Of a stretch of 64,000 bases of DNA, positions 13,446 to 27,650 are shown piece after piece. The translations under genes and the position numbers were made by a program. Each line of letters begins with the position of its first letter. Position 1 is the stretch's first letter. A model generated the notes under the pieces. That model did not search any database, was not told where the DNA came from, and worked only from the letters and a program-made list of their open reading frames with translations. The stretch comes from the human T2T-CHM13v2.0 reference genome, Homo sapiens, in assembly GCF_009914755.1 (NCBI RefSeq), contig NC_060937.1; one strand, given 5' to 3'.

Positions 13446-15301
13446 CTACCTTTCCCCATCTCCTCAACCCCGGGTAACTTCAATTCTACTTTCTGTCTCT
13501 ATGAATTTACCTATTCTAGATATCTCATATAAATGTGATCATATAATATTTTTCTGTTAATATTTTGATAGTCATATAGATTTTTAAAAAATGTCCATGC
13601 ACATTTCAATACACAAACAATTTTATATTCATTAAATACTTCAATTTACAATGACAGTCTGCTTTATCACACAATAATATGCCATGGGAATCTTTTTCAC
13701 GTAAATAAATGTAGATATTTTAAAGAGTTGCATAATATTTCGTCAACCTCCCTTTGACAGACATTGAAGACTCCCCCGTTTCATTTTATTAAACAATGCT
13801 TATAACATATATCTTTGGATTTGTATCATTTTACACTTGTCTGATTACTGTCTTAGGATAAATTCTTGGAAGTGGAATTGTTGATCTCAGGTTGTGCACT
13901 AAATGTTCCATACAAATCGTCAGTTGAAAACAATACATTTTCCTTGGGTCTAGGCCAGTGGGTCTAGAATGGTTGATAGTTGTTGTATTTATTTATTTAT
14001 TTATTTAAAATTTTTTGCACAATGACCAATTCAGGAAAAATGTTTTGAGGGCTGGAGTTGATTTCCCTAAAGGCCTGACAGCAGTATTCCTTGCCTGAGT
14101 TGAATAAACTTATTAGCCAGCAGATTTAATTAAAGGGCATTGTGCAAATCCCATCTGAGGAGTCCTTGGTCTGCTTCCTTGCAGTCCTAGCTGTGTGAGG
14201 GGAGCAGGGTGAGAAGGGTCACGGTGGCTATTAATACAGCCACAGGCCAAGATGCCCCAGGGATCCCTTCCTGGAGGGCTCATTTGGTCTCGCCAGTTGA
14301 GTAAATGCTGTATATAAGTGCAGAGTTTTGTAGATCTGAGTTCATTTGAGAGTTAGGGGAAAACCTGCAGTATCGACGTACTTTACTTTCAAGTCAACTT
14401 CATAGTCTAGGGCTAGCTTGGCACTGGAATTCAGTGTTCCATTTTCTACATCAGCCCCTTGACCTAGACAACTTTTTTCAAGGACCTCCTCCTGCCAAAA
14501 GATACATCCTCCCCGTCTTCCCAGAAAACAGGGTGAGGAGACTGGGTGATATTGTTCAGAATTCTTTTTCATGGCTCGCAAGAACCCAGATCTTAAAGAG
14601 GCCATTCACATTGTTTGCACAGTATTTTGAAAGCCATATGTTTCTTTTTCCAGTTGCAAAAAATCCACTTGTGCCATCCCAAACTGCCTCCTGATGAAAG
14701 CAATGAGTAATTCTGCCCTGGCAGGGAAGGGGCCCCAGGGAAGGGGCTGCCTGGAAGTGGGGGACTATTAGGGAAAAGTCTCCTATAGCATTGGATCTAG
14801 CTTTCCAAACAGTGATAGGGAGGAAGTAACTGAGAACGTATGATGTGCTAGATTTCAGGTGTTGTCTCCTGAAATTTAAATTTCAGGTGTTGTCTCTTGA
14901 AATTTAAAATTAAATTTCATGTTGCCTCCTTGGGTCTTTGTTAGAGAGGAGGAAATAGACTTGGAGAGGGGAAGGAGTTGGCAAATCATTCATCCAGCAA
15001 ATGCGAGGGCTGGGTTCAGCTGCCTGTTTTTCTACCTCCTGTCTTGTGCTTTTCCCAGTATAAAGCCATGCCAGGGCTTCCCAGTGGTGAGGATCCCGGG
15101 GACCTGAGCCCAAGCTCCCTCATCCCTCAGGAGGGCAGCGGGCAGGGTAGGGGCATCCCTGCTCCAGGGCTGTGTGTGCCAGAGTAGAGAACATGGGGAG
15201 GTCCTGGTGGTGAGAGTCTAGATCTTAGCCATGGGCCAGGAAACTGCTCTGGGGGATGTTTTAGTTGGTAGTGGGAGTGGTCACATATTCATTTTTTCAT
15301 C

Positions 15302-15900
<599 letters not shown>

Positions 15901-16199
15901 CCATTTTTTCAGCTTTACGACATTTAGCACAGGTGGTTCCAATAACCCTGCATGCTCTGAGTAACCCTCTCTCACTGAAAGCTGCCAGTTGCTTGGACCC
16001 CACTGCTCCTTGGTCCCCAAAGTACAGCACGAAATGAACAAGCAAGCACCCCTGGGCTTAGGGGTCAGTGACAGACATTCCCGCTGACATGTTGGCTCAG
16101 AACCCAGTGTGGGCCAGTCCCTGTGACCTTGTTTGGGCACTCGAGAAGCAGGAGGGACCCCCACTCAAAGCTGAGCCCAGACATGGAGACGAGGGAGAC

Positions 16200-16248
16200 C
16201 ACACACCACACACACACGCACGCACACGCACACACACACACACACACA
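16200..16248. repeat. (CA)n microsatellite with CG interruptions
   Basis: acacacacgcacgcacacgcacacacacacacacacacac. Confidence 0.9.
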
Positions 16249-17799
16249 CCCCAAGAGGGTCCAGGAGGAGGTTTATGACGCACATAATGAGGCTTTCTGG
16301 AGACAGCAGGGCAGGCACCCAGCAGGCCCCACATGCCTTGAGAGAGCAGAGAAAGGAGACTGGCGTGGGGTTTTTGTGGTGTTTAGGGAGCTGGTCAGAG
16401 TGAGTGAGGGTCCTGCAGGCAGGTGCTCGCATGCTTTTAGTCTCCCCCAGGTACCAAAGATGAGAGCTCTGGGCTTCCTGACCAGCCATAGGGCAGAGGG
16501 GTGAGGCTTAAAAGCTGTTCAGAGTCAACTCTCAACAACTGGAGTGTGACCCTTTGTTCAGGGCCCTGTCTACTGCTATCTTCTCAGGAAAAGGTTGTGA
16601 CTGATGGGATTTGCCCTCCCAGCACCTGAGCTTAGAGTTTTTTCTTTCCCACCGTGGCTGCCTGTGAATTGAGTCGGCATTTCCAAGTTACTGTGAGGTA
16701 TTGCAGAGGGTGTGCGGTGGGTCCCAGCTTCCCTTCATGAGATTCCAGGAACTGCTGCAGTGAGGATGGGAGAATGATGACTTAGCAGAGGTGTTGAGAG
16801 ACTTTCTTCTTCTCCAGAAATGAGCTTCATCAGGGTTGCTGTGGATACCATGAGAGATGTCTTAGCCAAGACATCCCTAACGTGGGGGCTTTCAGAAAAG
16901 TGCCTGGAGAGGCATTAAATGAAATTTCCATGAGATTCCTGGAAGGTTTGATTAGAACATAGTCTTTGGTCTGTTTCAGCAAGCTGAGGAGCACACTGTT
17001 GCCTGGGGATTTCCATACCCCTTTCTTACAATCTGTGAGACAAAATATCCCCACGTGGATCTTTTCAACTTAGATCATGGCCTCCTTTTCTTGCACAGAC
17101 ACTCATGTGTCTGGATTATCCACTGGGATAAAAGCAATCACAGGAGCACTGACAGATCTCATGGCGCCATCCCGAATATTTCTGAGCATCTCTGCATGGT
17201 GTGCCAGGTGACCACTTGCCCTTTGCGGAGGACTAGGAGGACTACCATTGCCCCTCCTGCTGGCTCAGATCTTCCTCTGACCACAGAGGGTTTGTCAGCG
17301 ATGCCCTTCAGGGGGAAGAGAAACCAGCCACCCTGGGAGGTCCCCGCTAGTAGGTGGATCCACATGTTTCCAGGTCACATACCCACCCAGGTCCACACTT
17401 GGACAAGTCCAAGTCCAGCACCCTCTAGAACCTTGGCCTAGAGATGGTCTCTAACCCTAGTCCAGCCCCTTCTCCTGGGTGGTGCATTTTTTTCTGAGGA
17501 GCCTTGAGCTCTCTCCTGAAATCTGACTGTTCTGCCATCTGCATCATGAGTATCAGATCATGGTGATGATCTGTGGATATCTGGTTGCAAGTTGTAGATA
17601 AAGATTGAGTGCACTCACCAACCGAAAATCGTGGGTACAAATAGATCCTTAAGAAAGCAAAGACTCCACCTGCTGGATAATTGGAGCCTCAGCTCTGGCC
17701 CTGCCGGGACATCTGGTTAAACACACTCAACAGTCCAGGGCTCTAGACAGAAAAGGAACAGGAAACAGGCCACAGCAGGAGTCAGCAGATAAGCCAATT

Positions 17800-19160
17800 A
17801 ATATCAGACTTTCACACCTTTAGACTGTTATTATAATCACTATGGTAACCACTAGATGAATATGAAAAATGTGCAATTTCTAAGCTAATAGAGACGGAAA
17901 TGAGATAATAAAAATAATCTAAAATGTACAATTTCATTAACCGTAAATGAAATGTTTTCATTAATACAAAGTTGGTCAGACTATATACTTTTTATGAGAG
18001 CAACTAAAATATAAGGAAGATACAGAAAGGCTGAAAGAAAGGAATTTAAAAAGATGTAGCATCCAAACCCTAACCAAATGAAAGCTCATATTGCTCTATT
18101 AATATTAGACATCTTTTCCTTTAGGATAAAATGCATGATCGGTATTATCCTAGATAAAGACAGACAATTCATAATAATAAAAGGTTTAATTTTCCAGAAA
18201 GATACAATCATTCTCATGATTTATGTACACAGAATAATATAGCTTCAAAATATATAAAGCAAAATGTTGTGGAATAAAAAGGATAAAAAGACAAATTCAT
18301 ACTCATTGTGAGATATTTTAATATCTTTTTATCAGATATTGATAAAATAAATGGATAAATATTTATTAAGAATATAGAGGAATACAGAATGAATAATATT
18401 CTGTAATCAGCAAACTTGAACTAATGAACATATGTAGAAGACTGCATTTAAGAGCTGTAGAACACACATCTTTTTAAGGATGCTGTGACACGCTGACCAT
18501 ATGTTGAGCTGTTAAACAAGTCTGGAAAATTTTCAAAGGATAAAAATTAGATGTTTTTTTCACTTCAATGCAATTAAGCTAAAAATCAATAACAAAAAGA
18601 TAACCAGAAAATTATTTTGTGTTTGGAAATTAAGCAGTACTTTTCTAAAGAACCTATGGGACAAAGAAGAAATCATAATGGAAATTAGAAAATATTTTAA
18701 AATACATTATTATGAAATATTGTATATCAAAACTTGTGGAATGCAGTTAAAGCCATGCTTGGCAAAAAATTATAACCTTGAAGTTTATATTAGAAAAGAA
18801 TGAAGGCTAAAAATCAATGTGCTAAGAATCTGTCATAAAGTCTGGGGGGAGAAGAACAGGAAAATCAAAGAAAGTAGAAGTAAGGATACACAAGGATACA
18901 AGCCAAAAATAATGACTTAGAAAAATTAACACACAAAGGAGGCTGAAGAGGGCCAAAGAGCGGTTCTTTTAGGAGGTGAATGAAGCTCAACTCCCTGGCA
19001 AGCCTGTTAGGGGAAAAAAGGAACTAAAAAGCTAAAATAATAATCAGTGGTCAGGCACTATGAAGCAAATTTTTGCTAATGATCTTACCATCATTAAAAA
19101 GATAAGTGAATTATGCCAATAGGTTTGAAAATGTAGCGGAAATGGACAAAGTCCTAGACT
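17800..19160 (+). mobile_element. Ancient L1M ORF2 5' (endonuclease-region) fragment
   Basis: A-rich, with degenerate L1 ORF2 phrases (gcttcaaaatatataaagcaaaa; gaaattagaaaatatttt; aaaacttgtggaatgcagttaaagc). Confidence 0.75.
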
Positions 19161-21058
19161 CATAGCAGGGGTTCTGCAATGTTTATTACGATTGAGACCT
19201 TAACAGTTTAGACCCTGTATTGCTCATCCCATGCTATCCTCCGGAACTCGGTCTTGGAAATGCCAGACTAATGTGCATGAGAGAGAGAAGCTTAGTGCAA
19301 AATTCAGCAGGCAGGAAGGATGTGGTCACCATCTGACAAGATCCTCAGGAGGCTTAGAGGCAGGAGGGGCCATCTGCCCTGCCCCCTGTGGCCTCATGGC
19401 TGCATCCGCCGCTCCCTGGATGGGGCTCGGGGGTACCTGGGAGCATGATCCGTCCTTATACTCCTCTCACATCAGTATCTAAACTCAGAGTTTACAGAAC
19501 AAGGGAAACTGCCTAGAATGAGGCTTGTATTCCTAGGGGCAAGGGCTTTCGCCCACCCTCACACAGTTTAATGTCACCTGCCTCCAGATTGTGTTAACAC
19601 AGAGCCTCTGCACAGCCTCCTTCGCGGTGGCCTCAGACATTTCCGGAATTAGTTGTCAGAGGGTAGGCCCCCGCGCAATGCCAGCTTGCAGAGTGCAGAA
19701 CTGGGAGCCACCAGGACATTGTGTTTCTCCAAAGAGCGGTGCAGGCCCGGGCAGCGACCTCTTGCTGTTCAGCAAAAAGCAAACATTCAAAGCAGTCCCT
19801 GCGGGCTCAGCGTGGCGACCATGAGCGCACGTTTGTGTGCCGGCTGACTCTCCTCCTCGCATAGGAGGACCAGGGCGCATTGGTGGCGGTGGGAGTAGGC
19901 ACTCTGCAGAGCTGCTGGCCCGAGCTCCACATTCAGCCTCAAGTCGCACTCTTTGTACTGGATGTTTTCAGAAAAACAGCAGACCATGCCCTAACAGCCT
20001 TAATGAGCCTTGTAACTGCATCTGCTCTTAACAGTAAAAATTAGTGCTGAACAATGGGACCCTCACTCATGGGGCTACTGTGGTCTGGCAGTCAGGACGG
20101 GTGGGTGGTCCTCGCTGCCACTCACCCACCCGAGAAGGGGACTATTTTTAGACTATGCTTCATTTTCCCCTAAATACAGTATTTAAACCACCGTGGTCAG
20201 AGTTGGTCTGCTTTTACAGCCCTCTACTTTTTATTTTCATCTCCATAGTGAGTGAGGGATATTGATTCTTTCCCAAATGCTCACTCTAGTACGAAACGTT
20301 CTTTTTTCCTTTTCTTTTCTTTTTTTTCCAATTCATGTAAAACAGTAATATAGGAACACCTGCTATGTGCAAGTCATATCAAAGTACCTGATTTTTATAT
20401 CTCCTCATCCAGGGGTGCCTCCTCCATCAGTGGAGGCTGGTGGGTTCAGAGTGGTGCATGATACAGATCTTTGCAGTAAGAAGAGCTGCACTGAAATCCA
20501 GCCTCTGCCACCTCCCCATTGCGGGGCCTTGGATGCATCACCAAAGGCTCTGAAATCCGCTTTGCTCATCTGCAATGGATGGATGTAATTGCTTTAGTGA
20601 GTTACAATCTTGGTTGAGCTGTAAACAAGAGGGTCTTGCTTTCCTTATTTGCCCCTCGAACTGTGCTTTGTGAACCTTCGTTTTCTACTGCTTCAAGAAA
20701 TGACAGCTTGGCCAGATTCCATATCACTTCACCAACTTTCTTTTTTTAAATTCTTAATAGAATTTTGAAAAGAGTATTTTTAGGTTTTCAGAAAAATTGC
20801 ACAGAAAGTACAAAGAATTCCCATATACACTCTCTGCACCCACACAGTTTCCCTGTGATTAACATCTTGCAAGTGTGATACATTTGTTACAATTGAGGAG
20901 CCAATATTGATGAATTATTATTAACCAGAGTTAAGAGTTTTCATAGGTTTCACTCTTGGGGTTTTACATTTTATGGGTCGTGGCAAACACATAATGACAA
21001 GTATCCACCATTATAGTGTACAGAACAGCCTCACTGCCCTAAAAATCCCCTGTTCTCC

Positions 21059-22781
21059 CTCTCCCTCTCCCTCTCCCTCTCCCTCTCGGTCTCCCTCTCC
21101 CCACGGTCTGCCTCTCCCCACGGTCTCCCTCTCCCTCTCTTTCCACGGTCTCCCTCTGATGCCGAGCCAAAGCTGGACTGTACTGCTGCCATCTCGGCTC
21201 ACTGCAACCTCCCTGCCTGATTCTCCTGTCTCAGCCTGCCGAGTGCCTGCGATCCGCCACGCCTGACTGGTTTTCCTATTTTTTTGGTGGAGACGGGGTT
21301 TCGCTGTGTTGGCCGGGCTGGTCTCCAGCTCCTAACCGCGAGTGATCCGCCAGCCTCGGCCTCCGGAGGTGCCGGGATTGCAGACGGTATCTGGTTCACT
21401 CAGTGCTCGATGGTGCCCAGGCTGGAGTGCAGTGGCGTGATCTCGGCTCGCTACAACCTCCACCTCCCAGCCGCCTGCCTTGGCCTCCCAAAGTGCCCAG
21501 AGTGCAGCCTCTGCCCGGCCGCCACCCCGTCTAGGAAGTGAGGAGCGTCTCTGCCTGGCCGCCCATCGTCTGGGATGTGAGGAGCCCCTCTGCCTGGCTG
21601 CCCAGTCTGGAAAGTGAGGAGCGTCTCTGCCCGGCCGCCATCCCATCTAGGAAGTGAGGAGCGCCTCTTCCCGGCCGCCATCCCATCTAGGAAGTGAGGA
21701 GCATCTCTGCCCGGCCGCCCATCGTCTGAGATGTGGGGAGCGCCTTTGCCCCGCCGCCCCGTCTGGTATGTGGGGAGCGCCTCTGCCCGGCCGCGACCCC
21801 GTCTGGGAGGTGAGGAGCGTCTCTGCCCAGCCGCCCCATCTGAGAAGGGAGGAGACCCTCCACCTGGCAACCGCCCCGTCTGAGAAGTGAGGAGCCCCTC
21901 CGCCCGGCAGCCACCCCGTCTGGGAAGTGAGGAGCGTCTCCGCCCGGCAGCCGCCCCGTCCGGGAGGGAGGTGGGGGGGTCAGCCCCCCGCCCGGCCAGC
22001 CGCCCCGTCAGGGAGGTGAGGGGCGCCTCTGCCCAGCCATCCCTACTGGGAAGTGAGGAGCCCCTCTGCCCGGCCAGCCGCTCCGTCCGGGAGGGAGGTA
22101 GGGGGTCAGCCCCCCGCCCGGCCAGCCGCCCCGTCCGGGAGGGAGGTGGGGGGGGTCAGCCCCCCGCCCGGCCAGCCGCCCCGTCCGGGAGGTGAGGGGC
22201 GCCTCTGCCCGGCCACCCCTTCTGGGAAGTGAGGAGCCCCTCTGCCCGGCCACCACCCCGTCTGGGAGGTGTGCCCAACAGCTCATTGAGAACGGGCCAT
22301 GATGACAATGGCGGTTTTGTGGAATAGAAAGCGGGGAAAGGTGGGGAAAAGATTGAGAAATCGGATGGTTGCCGTGTCTGTGTGGAAAGAAGTAGACATG
22401 GGAGACTTTTCATTTTGTTCTGTACTAAGAAAAATTCTTCTGCCTTGGGATCCTGTTGATCTGTGACCTTACCCCCCAACCCTGTGCTCTCTGAAACATG
22501 TGCTGTGTCCACTCAGGGTTAAATGGATTAAGGGCGGTGCAAGATGTGCTTTGTTAAACAGACGCTTGAAGGCAGCATGCTCCTTAAGAGTCATCACCAC
22601 TCCCTAATCTCAAGTACCCAGGGACTCAAACGCTGCGGAAGGCCTCAGGGTCCTCTGCCTAGGAAAACCAGAGACCTTTGTTCACTTGTTTATCTGCTGA
22701 CCTTCCCTCCACTATTGTCCTATGACCCTGCCAAATCCCCCTCTGTGAGAAACACCCAAGAATGATCAATTAAAAAAAAAA
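21059..22781 (+). mobile_element. Full-length SVA retrotransposon (SVA_C/D-like)
   Basis: (CCCTCT)n head, antisense Alu-like region, GC-rich VNTR (~21510-22270), SINE-R and poly(A). 18-bp TSD AAAAATCCCCTGTTCTCC at 21041-21058 and 22782-22799. Confidence 0.97.
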
Positions 22782-23598
22782 AAAAATCCCCTGTTCTCCA
22801 CCTATGCATTCCTCCCTCCCACCAACCCCTGGTAACCATCGAACTTTTTTACTGTCTCCATAGTTTTGCCTTTTCCAGAATGTGTTATAGTTGGAATCAT
22901 TCAGGTTGGCTTCTTTCCCTTAGCAATATGCTTTTCAGGTTCTTCCTGAAAAGAGAAAGCCACTATGTCTTCTGGTAGCTTGATTGCTCATTTTTTTAAA
23001 TTGATCAATACTATTTAATTGTCTGGTTGTATCACCATTTGCTTATCATTCACCTACTGAAAAACATCTTGGTTGCTTTCAGTTTGGTGTAATTATTAAT
23101 AAAGCTACTATAAATATTTGTGTGCAGGTTTCTGTAAGGACATAGGTTTTCAACTGAATTGGGTTAATATCTAGGAGCACAATTGCTGGATCATATAAGA
23201 TTATGTTTAACATTGCGAGAAACTTCCAAACTGTCTTCTAAAGTGGTTGTCCCATTTTGCATCCTTACCAGCTGTGAATGTTAATTCCTGTTGCCCCATA
23301 TCCTCACTAGCATTTGGTGATGTCAGTGTTCTGGATTAAGGCCATTCTAATAGATGTGTAGTGGTATCTTATTTTAATTTGCAATTCTCTTATGGTGTGA
23401 TGTTGAACATCTTTTCATATGCTTATTTGCCATCTGTGTATCTCCTTTGGTGAGATGTCTGCTCATGTCCTTTGCCCATTTTTAAACTGAGTTGTTTCCT
23501 ATTGTTAAGTTTTGATGGTTCCTTGCATATTTTGGACACAGGTGCTTGTCTTCTCAGTCACATACAGTGTCTCTTGCAGAACAGAAGTTTTTAATTTT

Positions 23599-23899
23599 TG
23601 TTGTTGTTGTTGTTGTTGAGATGGAGTCTCACTCTGTCAGCCAAGCTAAGGCGCAGTGGCATGATCTTGGCTCACTGCAGCCTCTGCCTCCTGGGTTCAA
23701 GTGATTCTCCTGCCTCAGCCTCCCAAGTAGGTGGGACTACAGGCATGCACCACAACATCTGATTACTTTTTGTATTTTTAGTAGGGACGGGGTCTCACCA
23801 TGTTAACCAGGCTGGTCTCAAACTCCTGACCTCAAGTGATCTGGCCTCCTCGGCCTCCCAAATTGCTGGGATTACAGGTGTGAGCCACTGCTCCCAGCC
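23599..23899 (-). mobile_element. AluS with (TTG)n tail
   Basis: 16-bp TSD AGAAGTTTTTAATTTT at 23583-23598 and 23900-23915. Confidence 0.95.
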
Positions 23900-24753
23900 A
23901 GAAGTTTTTAATTTTAATGAAGTCCAACTTAACAATTTTTTTCTTTCATGGATTATGCTTTTGGTGATGTATCTAAAAGCTTACCACCAAGTCTAAGATT
24001 ACCTAGATTTTCTCCTTTGGTATCCCACAGATGTTTCGTGTTTTGCATTTAGGTCTATGATTCCCTTTGAGTTAATTTTTGTGAGGTTCTGTGTCTAGAT
24101 TCATTCTTTTGCCTGTGGGTGTCTAGTTGCTCCAGAGCCAATTGTTCAAAAGACTGTCTTTGCTCCATGGAACTGCCTTTGCTCCTTTGTCAAATGTCAG
24201 TTGACTCTGTTTGTGTGGACCTATTTCTGGGCTATGTTGAACGCCCGTTTCCTGACATGTAGGGAAATGACAATTTAGATTCCACTTTGCTCTTAAACAG
24301 TCTCACTTCAGTAGATATTTAACCCCGTTCTTGTTTGTTTATTGGTTTTGAAGCCCCTCCCTTCTCCCCCCACCATAGAGGCTACACCTGTGTAGTGATT
24401 TTGAGTGTGGTGGGAAAAGGTGGTGTGCTTTTTTGTTTTGAACCTTTTAATGAAGCCCAGTGAACATACAGAAAATTGCAGAAATTGAAATTAAATGTTT
24501 TTCTCAAACAACACATTTGTGTAACTAACACTCACATGGAGGAATGGCACAGTACCAAGGCCCCAGAAACCCCTTCGCCTCCTTTCCAGCCACTGCCTCC
24601 TGCCCTCAGGGCAGCCACGATCCTAATTTCCAACAGCTCAGACTAGTTCTACCTGGGTTTGCTGTTTTTATAAATATAATTACACGGTATATGTATTCTT
24701 GTGTCTAGCTTTTCTCAACATTATGTTTGTTGCTTATTTTTATTGCTATAGAG

Positions 24754-24962
24754 CAGGGCGTCCAATCTTTTGGCTTCCCCGGGCCACAGTCGAAGAAGAA
24801 GAATTGTCTGGGGCCACATGTAGAATACACTGATGCTAACAATAGCTGATGAGCTAAAAATAAATTGGAAAGAAAATCTCATAATATTTTAAGAAAGTTG
24901 ACGAATTTGTGTTGGGCCGCATTCAAAGCCGTCCTGGGCCTCATGCGGCCTGGACAAGCTTG
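24754..24962 (+). mobile_element. MER30 hAT-Charlie MITE
   Basis: CAGGGCGTCCAATCTTTTGGCTTCC...TGGACAAGCTTG. 8-bp TSD CTATAGAG/CTGTAGAG. Confidence 0.88.
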
Positions 24963-24976
24963 CTGTAGAGTATTGT

Positions 24977-25196
24977 AGGAGTCAGAAAACTTTATAAAGG
25001 GCCAAATAATGAATAGTTTAGGTTTTGCAAGCCACATGTGATCTTTGTCACATTTTCTTCCTCCTCCTCCTCCTCCTCTTCTTGTTCTCTTCTGTGAGGT
25101 TCAGAGATTAGTTACAACACTTTGAAAATACAAAAATGATTCTTAACTCTCAAGCTGTACAAAAACAGGCAATGAGCTGTAGCTTGCTAATCCCTA
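24977..25196. mobile_element. MER58-like hAT MITE
   Basis: aaagggccaaata...ggttttgcaagccac...gctgtacaaaaacaggc. Confidence 0.65.
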
Positions 25197-25779
25197 GAGT
25201 ATTCCATCCTGCAAATATGGTTTATTTATCCACTGTACTCTTGGTGTGAATTTGGGTAGCGTCCCCTTTGGGGCTACTGTGAGTAGAGCTGCTATAAACA
25301 TTCTGTTGCATGTCTTGTGTGTATTGGCTGTATTACTTGGGATGGGATTACTGGGTCACAGAATGTGCGTATTCCAGCTTTAGAAGGTATTCCAAGCAGT
25401 TTTCCAAAATTGTAACACTCTTGTAAGCAGCACATGAACATTCTGGTTGCTCCACGCTCTCACCAGGATTTTCCATCCTTTCCAGTGGGCCAGTTTTGTT
25501 GGGTGTATAGTGCTTTTTCATTATGGCTTTAATTTGCATTTCACCTTAATTTCCATTTTTCTAGGTTGAACACTGTTAAAATATGCTTGTTGTCCATTTG
25601 GATATCCTTTATGCAAAGACTTTTGCCCATTTTTTAATAACTTGCCTTTTTCTTATAGTTCCAGACTTTTTTTTTCTTTCCCTGAGAGCCTGATGCCAGC
25701 AACCATTCCCAGAGCCAATCTCTGTCTTTGTTAAGCAGGGTAGTTAGTCACAAGCAACAGAAACCAGTCTGGTTGGTCC

Positions 25780-26243
25780 TGTGTTAGTTCAAGGTGAAGG
25801 GGGAGATTTATTATAAGGCATTGACTCATGAAATTATGGAGGATGAGAAGTCTCAAGGTGTGTAGTTGGCAAGCTGGAGACCCAAGAGAGCCAATGGTAC
25901 AGTTCTAGTCTCAGTGCCAACAGGTTTGAGACCCATGAGAGCTGATGTTTCAATTCAAGTCCAAAGGCAGGAAAGAAACAAGTGTTTTTCAAGGCCATCA
26001 GGCAGGAGGAACTCCCTACTTACTGATGGTGGGAGGGTTGGCCTTTTTGTTCTCTTCAGGTCTTCAGTTGACTAGATGGCACCCATCCAGGGACCCACCC
26101 ACAATGGGAGAAAAAATCTGCCCTACTCTGTCTACTGGTTTAAATGTCAACCTCACCAAAAAATACCCTCACAGAAACACCTAGAATAATGTTTGACCAG
26201 ATGTCTGGATGTTCTGTGGCACAGACACATAAAAACCATCACA
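25780..26243 (-). mobile_element. MLT2B-like ERVL solo LTR
   Basis: gagatttattataagg...gcaagctggagaccc...ccctcacagaaacacctagaataatgtttgacca...aaccatcaca. Confidence 0.8.
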
Positions 26244-27273
26244 AAGCCCAATTCTGGGACTTCAAGAAATAGGAGCAGGCAGATAAAGAGCCGGAGAGGC
26301 AGGCTCAAGGTTTGTGTAGCAGGAAAATGCCCATAATTGCTCTGCAGAACTCTGTGCTTGAGCACACGACGCTGCAGGAGCCCCGTGGTGTCACGAGCCC
26401 TGCTGGTCCACCTGCTGCGCCGGAAACTGAGTGAAGCTGTCCTGGCCCCCACAACTCTGCCAAACCCGGTTCAACAGGATCCTTGCTTCTCAGCACCACA
26501 GCAGGGGAGTGATATTCTAGCATCCTTGGTTTTATACTGAGAGGTGGAAATTCATCTAAATAGTGAAGAGACATTCAGGAATTGGTCGTCAAAAGGGGCA
26601 ACATTGTCTGTTGCATGTGTCTTTCACCCCTTCTCCCACTCACATGGTGTTTTGGAGTCTGGCTACATCTTGGCCCTGAATTCCAGCTTCCCTGTTTGGG
26701 GCTGTGCTTTAGTGTAGGTCCACACTTAACAGTTGTGGATGAGTACAGAGCCAAGTCCAGGTTCAAGTTTAGCTGTGATTCACACGTTTCAAAATTGGGG
26801 TGGGTGTGGCTTGATGTAGTAGGGCTGATGTGTTTCGCACCTCTCAGGATTGTTCAGCCTGGGGGAGGAGGTCAGTGAGGCCTTCCCCTCGAGGGGTTTA
26901 GCCTCTGATTTTTCACTTGCCTCATTCTGCCCATTCTCAGCAACACTTCACATGGTTATCTGCTCTGTAAAGCACGCTTGTTTTACTTATCCTTGACTCA
27001 AGGGAGAAGGATCTGGGATTTCTGACAGTTCTCAGCATGGGGATTTGACAGCTAAGATGGACGCTGTAGCTCCATATCACATATACATTCCAGCCAGGTA
27101 GAATAAAGAAGAGGAAATGGGGTGTGTTTCCAAGTACACTAAATTTCTAAGTAGCTCTAGAAAACATCTCTGCTTATGTTCCATTGGCCACATTAAGTGC
27201 AAGGGATATGGAGAAGCATTGTTTTTATTTTGAGTGGTTATGTACTCAGCTAAAATGTGAGGTTTAATACTAA

Positions 27274-27650
<377 letters not shown>

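Larger units (their letters stand above)
20750..24235 (-). mobile_element. L1MC-like 3' region hosting the SVA and an Alu
   Basis: Antisense L1 3' UTR/ORF2 end, contiguous across the SVA TSD. Confidence 0.8.

Noticed and set aside
21510-22270. Regularly spaced ~37-50 bp repeats that look like a repeat-spacer array
   Set aside because: This is the SVA VNTR, with no unique spacers and no cas genes, in eukaryotic DNA; not CRISPR
26489-26505. TCAGCACC REST/RE1-like site (similar half-site near 34981)
   Set aside because: Only the left half-site is present, with no correctly spaced GGACAG
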